Positions 20,447 to 30,017 of a DNA stretch of 64,000 nt are shown piece by piece. This DNA is from Sedimentisphaerales bacterium (GTDB lineage: Bacteria; Planctomycetota; Phycisphaerae; Sedimentisphaerales; Anaerobacaceae). Position 1 is the first letter of the stretch, and every line of letters begins with the position of its first letter. Position numbers and translations under genes: made by a program. Below the pieces are notes generated by a model. The model worked only from the letters and a program-made list of their open reading frames with translations. It ran no database searches and was not told where the DNA came from. The stretch spans positions 1,632,001-1,696,000 of the forward strand of contig OY970194.1 in NCBI GenBank assembly GCA_963708075.1. The letters are read 5' to 3'.

Positions 20447-21068
20447 CTACAAGGAAATGGACGTGAAGCGATACCACACGCGCAGCAGCGCCGCGGTGCA
20501 AAACAGCAGCAGGAGCACAATTGCCAGGGCCCCGAAGCCCTTGACGGTCACAAACAGCATGACAAGCACCATGCCGAAGAGGACGCTCAAGGCGGGGAAT
20601 ACCTTGTTCGCCGTCCAGCCCATCAGCAGGCCGACACAATAGCAGGCGAAACCTGTCAGGGCCACTGTTACGAACACCTCGGCGATTGTACGCCCGTACC
20701 ATGTGGGAGGCAGCGATGTGAAGTGCAGGATCGCGACGGCTGTGATCAGCAGCGGCACGAGCATCATGAGAATGATCGCGGCCCCGGCCAGGACTCTCGC
20801 CGCCAGAATCCGACTGCGCGTGACCGCCGACGCCGCCAGCAGCGCGGAGACCCGGTTTGCCCGGTCCGTGTACATCTGCGACGCGCCGAGGAGGCAGAAG
20901 AGGACGAGCAACACGGGGACCATCAGGCCAATAATCACCGGGCTGATCTCCGCGATGTCCCAGACAGCGACCACGATTGTCAGAGCGATGGTGCCGACGG
21001 TGACGAGAACCCGCCAGCGCGATGTGCACGTAATGGTCCTGGATCTCACGAGCGATCAGAGTCAGCAT
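20447..21068 (-). CDS. ABC-2 type permease, frameshift near 21010
   Basis: MLTLIAREIQD start then six hydrophobic helices in the 20447-21049 frame (VTRSRILAARVLAG). Confidence 0.75.
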
Positions 21069-21069
21069 C

Positions 21070-21984
21070 TTACACCTCGCTTTCCTGCAGGATGGGGGCC
21101 GACGCGGGACGGGTGCACTCGACGAAGATGTCCTCCAGCGTCATGGGCATCTCCGTGCAGCTTTCCGGCTTGAACGTTTCGAGAATCGCCTGCTTTTGCG
21201 GATTCCAGTTGGCGACGGTCAGGACCATCTCCCGGCCCTGGCTTTGTTGATGGATGATCTCCGTGATGTACAAGTCCTCGGGCGCCCGCTCGGGGAAGAT
21301 GATGCGGAGCTTCTTGATGCGGTTCTTGAGCTCCTCCAGCGTGCAATCGATGACGATCTTGCCCGCGACGAGGACGCCGACGCGGTCGGCGATCCGCTCG
21401 ACGTCGCCGAGGATGTGCGAGCTGAACAGGATCGTCCTGCCCTGACGCTGGATGACGTCAATGGCCAGCTCAAGAAACTGCCGGCGAGCGACGGTGTCGA
21501 GGCCGAGGGTCGGGTCGTCGAGGATCAGCAGCTCGGGGTCGATAGCCATCGCCAGGGCGAGATTGAGTTGTGCCCGCATGCCGGCAGACAGCTCGCGAAC
21601 CTTGCGGTCCATCGGCAGCCGGAACGTCTCGACCAGGCGGCCGAAGAACTCCCCGTTCCACTGCAGCGACAGCCCCTTGCACAGGCCGATGAGCCGCAGG
21701 ACCCTGTAGCTCTGGATCAGGTTGTGCCCCTCCGCGACGTAGCCGACGCGGCCGTGTGCGTTGGCGGACAGCCGCATGGACTCCTCGCCCAACACGAACG
21801 TGCGGCCCCGCGTCGGCGGCTCCAGGCCGAGCAGAATGCGGATCATCGTGGTCTTGCCCGAGCCGTTGCGGCCGAGCAAGCCGTAGATGCACCCCCGCGG
21901 CACCTGCAGGCTCACCCCGTCCAGCACGCACCGGCCATCGTAGTACTTGACCAAATCCTCAACGACAATCGGGTTGTCATTCAT
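21070..21984 (-). CDS. ABC transporter ATP-binding protein
   Basis: GRNGSGKTT, LSAGM, LLILDDPT.GLD, SSH. Confidence 0.93.
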   Translation of the reverse strand: MNDNPIVVEDLVKYYDGRCVLDGVSLQVPRGCIYGLLGRNGSGKTTMIRILLGLEPPTRGRTFVLGEESMRLSANAHGRVGYVAEGHNLIQSYRVLRLIGLCKGLSLQWNGEFFGRLVETFRLPMDRKVRELSAGMRAQLNLALAMAIDPELLILDDPTLGLDTVARRQFLELAIDVIQRQGRTILFSSHILGDVERIADRVGVLVAGKIVIDCTLEELKNRIKKLRIIFPERAPEDLYITEIIHQQSQGREMVLTVANWNPQKQAILETFKPESCTEMPMTLEDIFVECTRPASAPILQESEV

Positions 21985-22028
21985 AGCCAATCCTCGTGCA
22001 CATCTAACCGTGACATCATAGTGTACCT

Positions 22029-22763
22029 TCAATCGGCGACATACGTGAATTCCCGCTTGTTCAGCAGAAGAATTCCTGCCGCGCCATACAGGACAATCAA
22101 CAAAAGGCTGTGAGCGACACTGGCGACACATCCCGGCAGGCTGCACTTGCCCCGGCCCATCCGCACCAGCAGTTCCACCGGCGGACCTGCGTACTGCAAG
22201 ACTCCATGGTAGATCTTCGTGGCGGCGCTGTCTTCAAAAAACAGCAGGAGCATGTACAGCGGAAACACCGCCGCGATCGTGGCCAGGACCAGCACCATGG
22301 AATTCTGCTCGCGGCTGGCCACCACGGACACGGATGTGGACAATGCAGCCCAGGCGTTGAAGATCAGCCACGAGGCGAGCAGCCACACGGTGAAATGATC
22401 GATGCCTCCCCTGCCCGACAGCCGATGCAGGAACAGAATCAACGCCCCTGCTGCCAACAGGTGGACCGCCCCCTGCAATGATAATCCCAGAAAACGGTAC
22501 AGGTAGAGCTCCCAAAGGTGGATCGGCTCGGTCACCACCATGCGTATCCGGCCGGACGCGATGTCGTCGCCGAAGATGCCGGCGCTAAGGACCAGGGGCA
22601 GAAGGCATCCGGTCCACGCGAATACGAAGCCTCCCCACTGCCACGCGTCCGGCGGCATAGGAATCAGAAAGATCGCCGCACAAGTCCCGAGCCAGCACAG
22701 GTGCATGAAGCGAAGGCTCGCCTTCCGCAGGAACGTCTCCGCAATGAGTGTGCGGGCTTTCAT
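22029..22763 (-). CDS. ABC-2 type permease
   Basis: Six TM segments, DIASGRIR motif; ATGA overlap with upstream ATPase. Confidence 0.8.
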   Translation of the reverse strand: MKARTLIAETFLRKASLRFMHLCWLGTCAAIFLIPMPPDAWQWGGFVFAWTGCLLPLVLSAGIFGDDIASGRIRMVVTEPIHLWELYLYRFLGLSLQGAVHLLAAGALILFLHRLSGRGGIDHFTVWLLASWLIFNAWAALSTSVSVVASREQNSMVLVLATIAAVFPLYMLLLFFEDSAATKIYHGVLQYAGPPVELLVRMGRGKCSLPGCVASVAHSLLLIVLYGAAGILLLNKREFTYVAD

Positions 22764-23716
22764 GACTGGCTCCTCCCATGGCACAGACGCATGAAGGTCT
22801 GTTCAATGTCCTGGGGTTCGAGAGCAACGCCCGTAATGTCCGCCCCCGCCCGTACGAGCGAGCCGACGACGCCGGGGACATCTTCAATGCCGTTAACAGC
22901 GACGATCAGCCGCGTCTCGGATTTCTCCAACGGCCTGTAAGGCGCCAACGCTTCCTCGCGAATAGCGGGACTGCCGGGCAGAAACTCGATCCGCAGCCGT
23001 GCCATTTGCCCGACAGGCATTTCGCCGCCAAACGTGAGGATCCGGCCCTGGTGCAGAAAAACGTACTCCGATGTCAGCTTCTCCAACTCACCCAGGCGAT
23101 GGGAACTGATGATGATCGTTGCCCCGGATTCCCGGACTTCCGTGAGCACGCGCCGCAACTCGATGACGCCAATTGGATCGAGGCCGTTACTCGGCTCATC
23201 CAGAAGCAGCAATCTTGGACGGTCGAGCAACGCGACGGCCAACGCAAGGCGCTGTCTCATTCCCTGCGAAAACCCGCCCACGGCGCGGTCGGCATACTCC
23301 TCAAGCCGCAGCTCGATCAACAACCTCTCGGTCTCGTCAGCGATGCCCTTCCTGGACAGGCCATGCAGAGCGGCGTGATGCTTCAGGACCGCACGTGCGG
23401 AATAGCGTGGCAGGAATGCCGGCGACTCAGGGACGTAGCCCAGGCTGCGCCTGGCCTCCAGGGACCGTGCCGGATGCCCGCAGACGCGAATCGTGCCGCC
23501 GGTCGGAAAAATCAGACCCGCGATGAGGCTCAGGAACGTCGTCTTGCCGGCCCCGTTCGGTCCGATCAGGCCGATGATCGTCCCGCCGCCAACGCACAGC
23601 GAGACATTGTCCAGGGCGAGAACCGACGTCTTACGCCCGGCCCCCGCGCCTTTGTAGACCTTCGTGACCTCGCGGCATTCAATCACGGTGCCCTTCTCGC
23701 TCTCACCGCTGTTCAT
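22760..23716 (-). CDS. ABC transporter ATP-binding protein
   Basis: GPNGAGKTT, FSQGMRQR, LLLLDEP.NGLDP, SSH. Confidence 0.93.
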   Translation of the reverse strand: MNSGESEKGTVIECREVTKVYKGAGAGRKTSVLALDNVSLCVGGGTIIGLIGPNGAGKTTFLSLIAGLIFPTGGTIRVCGHPARSLEARRSLGYVPESPAFLPRYSARAVLKHHAALHGLSRKGIADETERLLIELRLEEYADRAVGGFSQGMRQRLALAVALLDRPRLLLLDEPSNGLDPIGVIELRRVLTEVRESGATIIISSHRLGELEKLTSEYVFLHQGRILTFGGEMPVGQMARLRIEFLPGSPAIREEALAPYRPLEKSETRLIVAVNGIEDVPGVVGSLVRAGADITGVALEPQDIEQTFMRLCHGRSQS

Positions 23717-23744
23717 TTCCGCCCTCGCCGAACATCTGCCCGAC

Positions 23745-24140
23745 CTACTCCTTCCCGGACATCAGGTTGAATTTCTCCAACGCCGTGCTGAACCAATCGG
23801 TAAGTGTCTGCTTGTCGATCTGCATGTGGAACGCTTCGACGGTGATCCGCTCCAGCTCATCGCAAATCAGCTTGCGTCGCACGGCCCGGCTCAGCGCGCT
23901 GTCGAGCCCGGCGACGAACGCCCCCGCCCCGGAGCGAGTGACGATGATCCCCTCCTGCTCGAGCTGGCGGTACGCCTTGGCGATCGTGTTGGGATTGATG
24001 GCAAGCTGTTGGGCAAGCTGTCGCACCGTGGGCAGCCGCTCCTCCCTGGCCAGCCGGCCCAAGGCAATATCCCGCTTCACCTGATCGATGATCTGCAGGT
24101 ACACCGGCCTGTCCGACGCATTGTCGATCCGAAACTGCAT
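23745..24140 (-). CDS. GntR family (YtrA subfamily) regulator
   Basis: PVYLQIIDQVK, LPTVRQLA..L.INPNTIAKAY..LE.EG; short C-terminus; heads an ABC operon. Confidence 0.93.
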   Translation of the reverse strand: MQFRIDNASDRPVYLQIIDQVKRDIALGRLAREERLPTVRQLAQQLAINPNTIAKAYRQLEQEGIIVTRSGAGAFVAGLDSALSRAVRRKLICDELERITVEAFHMQIDKQTLTDWFSTALEKFNLMSGKE

Positions 24141-24160
24141 AACGCTCCGCCCGAATCACT

Positions 24161-24210
24161 TGTACTACTGCAACTAATACAATCATAGAACTCCCGCCCC
24201 CACCCGTCAA
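24161..24210 (-). promoter_or_regulatory. sigma70 promoter and YtrA-type operator
   Basis: TTGACG-N17-TATGAT (24210-24182) directly followed by palindrome TGTATTAGTTGCAGTAGTACA (24181-24161). Confidence 0.75.
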
Positions 24211-24275
24211 GCAGGATTATCAAAATTCTTTCCGGATGTGCGCACGACCTGCGAATGACGCCCAACGTCCTTCAC

Positions 24276-24298
24276 GTAGGGCGAGCGTCCCCGCTCAC
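24276..24298 (+). repeat. GTAG-tagged REP-like palindrome
   Basis: GTAGG-GCGAGCG-TCCC-CGCTCAC. Confidence 0.55.
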
Positions 24299-24340
24299 TA
24301 CCGATTGCGATCGACAATTTCGTGTCTTCGGGTGGCAGCC

Positions 24341-24419
24341 GGGTGCCATGCTTACGCTCGCGTAAGCATGTTTTGAATACTGGACTTCACATGTCTGCAC
24401 GGGCGTAGACATGGCACCC
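24341..24419. repeat. GGGTG-ended double-hairpin element, copy 2 (opposite orientation)
   Basis: GGGTGCCATGCTTACGCTCGCGTAAGCATG...CATGTCTGCACGGGCGTAGACATGGCACCC. Confidence 0.85.
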
Positions 24420-24448
24420 GGCCCGATGACAGCCCGTTGCATGGACCC

Positions 24449-24543
24449 TGTCATCCTGAGCGTAGCGAAGGATCCGGGCCGAGCATGAGAACGAGCGTTG
24501 GTTATGTTCGTTACCGGTATGCTTCACTTCGTTCAGCATGACA
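24449..24543. repeat. Inverted pair of CGTC-type palindromic repeats
   Basis: TGTCATCCTGAGCGTAGCGAAGGATC ... ATGCTTCACTTCGTTCAGCATGACA. Confidence 0.75.
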
Positions 24544-24717
24544 AACGAGCCTTGTCTTCCCCACGGGATGTAGTCGCACACGTGCCCGTGCCTGCGGATC
24601 GCCCGGCTTGACGTCTCCGGCCGGGCAGGATAGAGTACGCTCGTGTTCGCGGAAATCGATGCCCCGGCGAGCCCGGGACAATAGCTGCGAACACGACCAT
24701 GAAAGGAGAGGCCCGGA

Positions 24718-25194
24718 ATGGTGCGAACACGAAAGAGCTGGCGGGAGAAGCTGGAAAATCCGGTGGCGGGTCTGCCGAAAGTCTGTGAGGTACCGGACAA
24801 ATGGGTCAAGACGATGGGCGGGCGCCAGATCCTTGTACCGACGCCCATGATGGTGGATGAGTACGTGCGGACCGTTCCGGAGCGAAAGCTCGTCACCGTC
24901 GGCCAGATTCGCCGACGCCTGGCCGAGCCATTCAAGGCCGACTCGACCTGTCCCCTGACCACGGGCATCTTCCTTCGCATCATCTCCGAGGCCGCTGAGG
25001 AGGACCGCCAGGCCGGCAGGAGCACCATCACCCCCTGGTGGCGGGTCATCAAAGATGACGGCGGCTTGAACCCCAAGGTTCCCGGCGGCATCGAGGGCCA
25101 CGCAGAAAAGTTGAAACGGGAAGGCCACGAGGTCGTTGCAGTCAAAGGCAAGAAGCCGCCACGCGTGGCCGATTTCGAGAAGTCTCTGGTGTAG
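24718..25194 (+). CDS. MGMT-family DNA-binding / alkyltransferase-like protein
   Basis: RKSWREKL, VPE.KLVT...IR..LA, TCPLTTGIF, PWWRV (W in place of the catalytic C), L..EG. Confidence 0.8.
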   Translation: MVRTRKSWREKLENPVAGLPKVCEVPDKWVKTMGGRQILVPTPMMVDEYVRTVPERKLVTVGQIRRRLAEPFKADSTCPLTTGIFLRIISEAAEEDRQAGRSTITPWWRVIKDDGGLNPKVPGGIEGHAEKLKREGHEVVAVKGKKPPRVADFEKSLV

Positions 25195-25229
25195 GTGCCG
25201 CCCGGGCAATGACGCTCGAAGCCAACGTC

Positions 25230-26654
25230 TCAGTTCGCCGGGCCGTCATCGGAGTTGATGGCTGCTGGCGCTGCCGGTGTCTCCGCCTTGATCTTCACGT
25301 CATCGACAAACCAGTCGTCATACGCCTGTGAGGCGTCCGCCGTGCCGACACTTCGGATCCGGAACCTGAAATCCGCGTGCAGTGCCTCCGCAGGCAGCAC
25401 CAGCGTTCTCTTCACGAACACTGTCATATCCGGCCCCCGGCCCGGCTCCCGGCTTAACTCCACCCATGTCGAGCCGTTGGAATATTCGACAATCAGATCG
25501 TCATCTGCATCCGGCGACTCGCCGCCGCCGGTGCGCTGATAGTGGTACGTCAGCATCGCCCGGGAACAGGAGGACAAGTCCAGCGTGACGGATTCAACCG
25601 AGTCGCCGCCATGGGGATAGCCGTTCAAACGCAGCGAACAGGGGGCGGAAGGCTCTTCCATGCCGGCGCCATCCACCGTGGCGCCGTTCACCAGGGTCCA
25701 GTTGCCGGTATCGATGGTCGCCGATGGGAAGGTATCCTCAAAAATGACGGCGGCAGCGGATGGTCCATGAGGCCGCGCGACCCACGTGAGCGCATTGGCC
25801 ATCAGAAGCGCGCCGTCGGTGGACACATCCCACAAATCGCTCCCCGCGTCGGATGACACAGGGTAGAATCCAAGGTCCACGCGCCGCGTGTCGCCGATCA
25901 TCTTGGTGACGACCAACGGCCGCCCATCCCATGCCAGGTCATTAGGGTACGCTCCCGGAGACGGAAATGCATCCACGATGAAGAGATCCGCCGGGTTCAG
26001 CTTATAGATCATGCGAGCCACGTTGTCCGAGTGCCACAGGAACCGGCCGTCGAACGCCATACCCATCGGGAACTCTCCAATGGCGTCGAATACGGCCACG
26101 ACGGCCCCTCCGCGTGTCATGCAATAGATCCTGTCCGGAGTTCCCGACGCGAAGTCCGTCGCGGTATCGCTGCACCACAGGTGAGTCCCATCGAACTCCA
26201 GCCCGGAAGGGCCGGGACCAGGTGAGGGAAAAGAGAGGAGCACCGCCCCATCCGCAGGATCCAGCTTGTAACTCCTGTCCCCGTCCGACTCGGCATACCA
26301 AAGCGCAGAGCCATCCCACGCCAGGCCGTTCGGATACGTGCCCGGCAGCGGAATGGACCGGACCACGGCGCCAGTGTTCGGATCGACCCGGTACGCTTTC
26401 ATCGTTCCATGGTCCGAGACCCAGAGACAGGTCCCGTCCCACGTGAGTCCGGAGTTTCCCTCACATGGTGACGGCATGGCCGTCACGAGTTTGGCCGGTG
26501 AGGCTGTGGGCAACTGGGGGGAAGCAGCGGCAAGGACGTTCCTGCCTGCGCCTTGTGACGCGTCTGTGCCATTGCCCTTCATGTCCGCCCGTGCGGATGC
26601 GGCGCCTATGGCGAGAGCTACCATGGAGATCAATGCGAGCCTCTTGCCTTCCAT
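25230..26654 (-). CDS. Secreted beta-propeller protein (G[LM]x[WF]DG..LW repeats) with C-terminal jelly-roll-like domain
   Basis: Signal peptide; 4 full repeats plus a truncated fifth; C-terminal IFEDTF...W...DDWFVDDV. Confidence 0.7.
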   Translation of the reverse strand: MEGKRLALISMVALAIGAASARADMKGNGTDASQGAGRNVLAAASPQLPTASPAKLVTAMPSPCEGNSGLTWDGTCLWVSDHGTMKAYRVDPNTGAVVRSIPLPGTYPNGLAWDGSALWYAESDGDRSYKLDPADGAVLLSFPSPGPGPSGLEFDGTHLWCSDTATDFASGTPDRIYCMTRGGAVVAVFDAIGEFPMGMAFDGRFLWHSDNVARMIYKLNPADLFIVDAFPSPGAYPNDLAWDGRPLVVTKMIGDTRRVDLGFYPVSSDAGSDLWDVSTDGALLMANALTWVARPHGPSAAAVIFEDTFPSATIDTGNWTLVNGATVDGAGMEEPSAPCSLRLNGYPHGGDSVESVTLDLSSCSRAMLTYHYQRTGGGESPDADDDLIVEYSNGSTWVELSREPGRGPDMTVFVKRTLVLPAEALHADFRFRIRSVGTADASQAYDDWFVDDVKIKAETPAAPAAINSDDGPAN

Positions 26655-26885
26655 GGCTTACCTCCTTGTCCATACTCCACTCGTGATTTCGACACGGTTA
26701 TGGGATACTAGCAGCCGCCCAAACGCGCGTCTATCAGGGAAATGCCTAGGCTCCAGGCGAGCGCCCCCGGGTCGCTCGATTGATTCTTGGATGGCGGCGG
26801 GTCGCAGTGTATGATGAGAGGGGCCGGGAGTCGTGCCTGGAGCCGACGGGAAGGTCCCGGAGATTGCGACGACGGGAGATGGTTC

Positions 26886-27513
26886 ATGAAATCGAAGACA
26901 GTCGTGATTGCAGGCGTGGCGGTCGTTGTACTGGTGCTGATCGGTGCGGCGGCGTTATTCGTGATGCCGAGCGGGCCCCGGCTGGAGGACGTCAAGCACC
27001 TGCTGGAGCCGCGGATCGTCACGCTGCCCAGTCAGCGAGTGCTTGTCGTCGAGGCCAAAGGCGATCCGACTGTCATGGGCAGCGAGGCTTTCGGCCTGCT
27101 GTTCAAGACCTATTACAGGCTCAAAGGTGTGCCGAAGGGTCCCAGGCAGCCGGCGCCGCGGGCCCGGTGGCCGTTGTCGCTCGATACGCGGAAAGAGCAA
27201 TGGATCGGCCGGTACGCGATGCCCGTGCCCGATAGCGTCGGCTCGCTTCCGGAACAAGCGGCGAGCGCTTCAGGGCTGCGCCGACCTGGCGACGTGGGAG
27301 TACGGCCAGGTCGCGGAGATCCTGCACGTCGGCCCGTACAGCGAGGAGGAGCCGACGATTCGAAAGCTGCTGCAGTTCGTCAAGGACAGCGGATACGTGA
27401 CGACGGGCGAGCATGAAGAGGAGTATCTCAAGGGGCCCGGAATGTTCGGGACGGGCGGGCCGGAGAAGTACCTGACCATCATTCGATACAGGCTCAAGAA
27501 GGCGGGCGGATGA
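26886..27513 (+). CDS. GyrI-like small-molecule-binding protein with N-terminal anchor, frameshift near 27280
   Basis: VEAKGDP, then in second frame WEYG.VAEILHVGPY.EE..TI..L, HEEEYL.GP, YLTIIRY. Confidence 0.8.
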
Positions 27514-28295
27514 ACGTCCAACACCTTAAGAACAGGCCAAAGATCGAGGCGTTCCTGCGACACAGTCCCGAGTTGCACATCTACAGCCTCGGCGACCTGG
27601 ACGACTTCTTCTGGCCCTATACGACGTGGTACGGTTGGGAGGAAGGCGGGGAGCTGAAGGAGATCGCGATGATCTACATGAGCCGGACGCTGCCCACGCT
27701 GGTCGGGATCTCGCAAGAGCCGGAGCTCATGCACAGGCTGCTCGGCGAGATCATCCCCCTGCTGCCCGAGTTGTTCTATGCACACCTGAGCCAGGGCGCA
27801 GAGCACGCCTTTTCCTGGACTCACGTGCTGGAGTCCCATGGCCTGCACTACAAGATGGCGCTTCGGGACACTGCGTGCGTTCGGGACATCGATTGCTCCG
27901 CGGTCGCTCAACTGACGGTGCGGGACTCGGTGGACCTGGTCCGGCTGTACCAGGAGAGCTATCCGGGCAACTGGTTCGATCTGCGGGCGCTGGAGACCGG
28001 GCAATACTTCGGCGTTCGGCAGGACGGCCGGCTGGTCAGCGTGGCGGGCGTGCACGTTTATTCCGAGCGGTACGCCGTGGCCGCCCTGGGCAATATCGTC
28101 ACGCATCCGGCCTATCGCCGGCGGGGATACGCCAGGCAGGTGACCGCCCGTTTATGCCGGTCGGTCCTTCAGAAGGTCGAGCACGTCGGCCTCAACGTGA
28201 GGGCGAACAACGACGCGGCCATCGCATGCTATGCCGGCCTCGGCTTCGAAATCGTCGCCCCATACACCGAGTTCACCATCACCAAAAGAGCGTAA
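27510..28295 (+). CDS. GNAT acetyltransferase
   Basis: LGNIVTHPAYRRRGYA, LNV...N.AAI.CY..LGF. Confidence 0.9.
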   Translation: MNVQHLKNRPKIEAFLRHSPELHIYSLGDLDDFFWPYTTWYGWEEGGELKEIAMIYMSRTLPTLVGISQEPELMHRLLGEIIPLLPELFYAHLSQGAEHAFSWTHVLESHGLHYKMALRDTACVRDIDCSAVAQLTVRDSVDLVRLYQESYPGNWFDLRALETGQYFGVRQDGRLVSVAGVHVYSERYAVAALGNIVTHPAYRRRGYARQVTARLCRSVLQKVEHVGLNVRANNDAAIACYAGLGFEIVAPYTEFTITKRA

Positions 28296-28337
28296 TACCA
28301 CAGCGCAACTTGATGCCAGAAGGTCGGTCTATCCCTG

Positions 28338-28492
28338 GAAATCCGAAGCACGAAACTCGAAGTCCAAAACACATCCCAAAACCTGAAGCTCTGAAGATCG
28401 AAACGCTGGCGCCAGGCCCGGCCCGGTTTCGAATTTGCGATTTTCGTCCTTCGTGCGTGTTTCGGGTTCTCGATATTCCGATTTCGAATTTC
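28338..28492. repeat. Degenerate heptamer (GAAnnnn) tandem inverted-repeat element
   Basis: GAAATCC-GAAGCAC-GAAACTC-GAAGTCC... vs ...TTTCGGGTTCTCGATATTCCGATTTCGAATTTC. Confidence 0.7.
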
Positions 28493-28511
28493 ACGCCACG
28501 GCGCGACCGCC

Positions 28512-28590
28512 GGGTGCCATGTCTACGCTTGCGTAGGCATGTTCCATTCGATGGGCAAGACATGCTTACGCGAGCGTAAGCATGGCACCC
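28512..28590. repeat. GGGTG-ended double-hairpin element, copy 3
   Basis: Near-identical to 9846-9923, and shares the following ~30 bp tail (TTTCTTCCCGA.ACCAGC). Confidence 0.85.
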
Positions 28591-28699
28591 AAACCAACCT
28601 GGTTTCTTCCCGACACCAGCCGCGCAGCGGCTCAGCGACATGACAACGGGAAGGTGCGCCGTGACGTTCCGTCAGGCACGTCATAAGTGGTTGCATCAC

Positions 28700-29695
28700 T
28701 CAGGACTTTCTAGCGACGATGAGGGAATTCATGTACTCGTCGCGATGGGCCAGGCGGATGTTGGAGAAGCCGGCGGAGGTCAGGTCCTCCCGGAGCTCGT
28801 CGAAGGTGAACGTGCCGCCACCTTTCGTGGCGACAAGCATGTTGACGGCGAACAGCGCGCCGCCGACCGGCTGCGTGTGCGAGGCGTCCATGACGACGTC
28901 CCGGATGGCCAGGACGCCTCCGGCCGTCAGGGCGGCGTGAATCTTGGCGTACAGGTCGCGGTTCTCCTGCCGGGAGTTCTGGTGGACGATCGCGCTGAGC
29001 CATGTGAAATCGGCGCCGCCTGGCAGCGGGTCGGTATAGAAGTCACCCGGCACGAGTGTAACCCGGTCGATCAGGCCGGCACGGGTGAGCCGCTGTCGAG
29101 CCAGCGGGATGACCTGCGGCAGATCGAACAGGACGGCGGTGGCATCGGGCACGGCCCGGAGAAAGGCGATGGTCCATGTGCCCGAGGCGCCCCCGATGTC
29201 CAGCAGCCGCTGGAATGTCAGGGGGGACAGTCTTTCAATGAGTTGCGGTGCAACGGAGGCAGCGAAATTGTCCATCGCGCCGATGAAGGCCTCGCAATCG
29301 CCGGCCTCGCCCCGGATGCTGGGGGGCCGCTCCGCGGGCAGGCCCGTCTTGACCACGCGGGCAAGCTGGGCCCAGCGGCGAAGACAATTCGCCTGGTGGC
29401 GCACCGCGGACAGGACGTTGGTCGGCGAGGTCTCCGTGAGCATGTCCGCGACTTCCGGCGGAACACGGTACGTGTCGCCCTGCTTCGCCAGCAGTTCGAG
29501 GGCGGCCAGGGCGTCGAGGAGAATGGCGGTCGCACGCGGGTCCGAGCCAATCCGCCCCGCCAGGACGTCCGCCGAGGCAGGCTCACCGCTGAGCGAGGAA
29601 AAGACATCCAACTCAGCAGCAGCGGCGATGACGCACGCCGCCTGAAAGCCCCGTACTGTTTCGAGAAGCCTATCCACGTTCCATGACTTGGCCAT
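28700..29695 (-). CDS. SAM-dependent O-methyltransferase (dimerisation + Methyltransf_2)
   Basis: AAAELDVF, LLDIGGASG, GDFY.D.LP, SAIVH, GGVLAIRD. Confidence 0.9.
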   Translation of the reverse strand: MAKSWNVDRLLETVRGFQAACVIAAAAELDVFSSLSGEPASADVLAGRIGSDPRATAILLDALAALELLAKQGDTYRVPPEVADMLTETSPTNVLSAVRHQANCLRRWAQLARVVKTGLPAERPPSIRGEAGDCEAFIGAMDNFAASVAPQLIERLSPLTFQRLLDIGGASGTWTIAFLRAVPDATAVLFDLPQVIPLARQRLTRAGLIDRVTLVPGDFYTDPLPGGADFTWLSAIVHQNSRQENRDLYAKIHAALTAGGVLAIRDVVMDASHTQPVGGALFAVNMLVATKGGGTFTFDELREDLTSAGFSNIRLAHRDEYMNSLIVARKS

Positions 29696-30017
29696 TGCAG
29701 ACACCTGAAATTCAACCCTTTGAAACCCGGCCGGTGGCCATTATAGCGGGTAGGCTACCGGCCGGAAGACCGAAATCCGCCCGGAAGGGCCATCCCGCCA
29801 CATGGCGACCATTCCGGCACAAATCCATGAATCGGGCGGTTGCTTCCCATAATATCCGTCAGTTTTTCCGTGTCTTTGTGCTTGACGCGCGGGCCAGGGG
29901 TCGTTTTACTATGCCCGTTGGACACGCCGGTGGCATGGCAACGGGGAGGCGGAGATCAGGTACCTGCTTGCCGGACCGGCAGAACGACGGTTGCTGAGCT
30001 GTATAAGGAGTTTCGCA

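Noticed and set aside
9846..28590. CRISPR array
   Set aside because: Repeats are dispersed palindromes or 7-mer tandems with no repeat-spacer periodicity, and there are no cas genes
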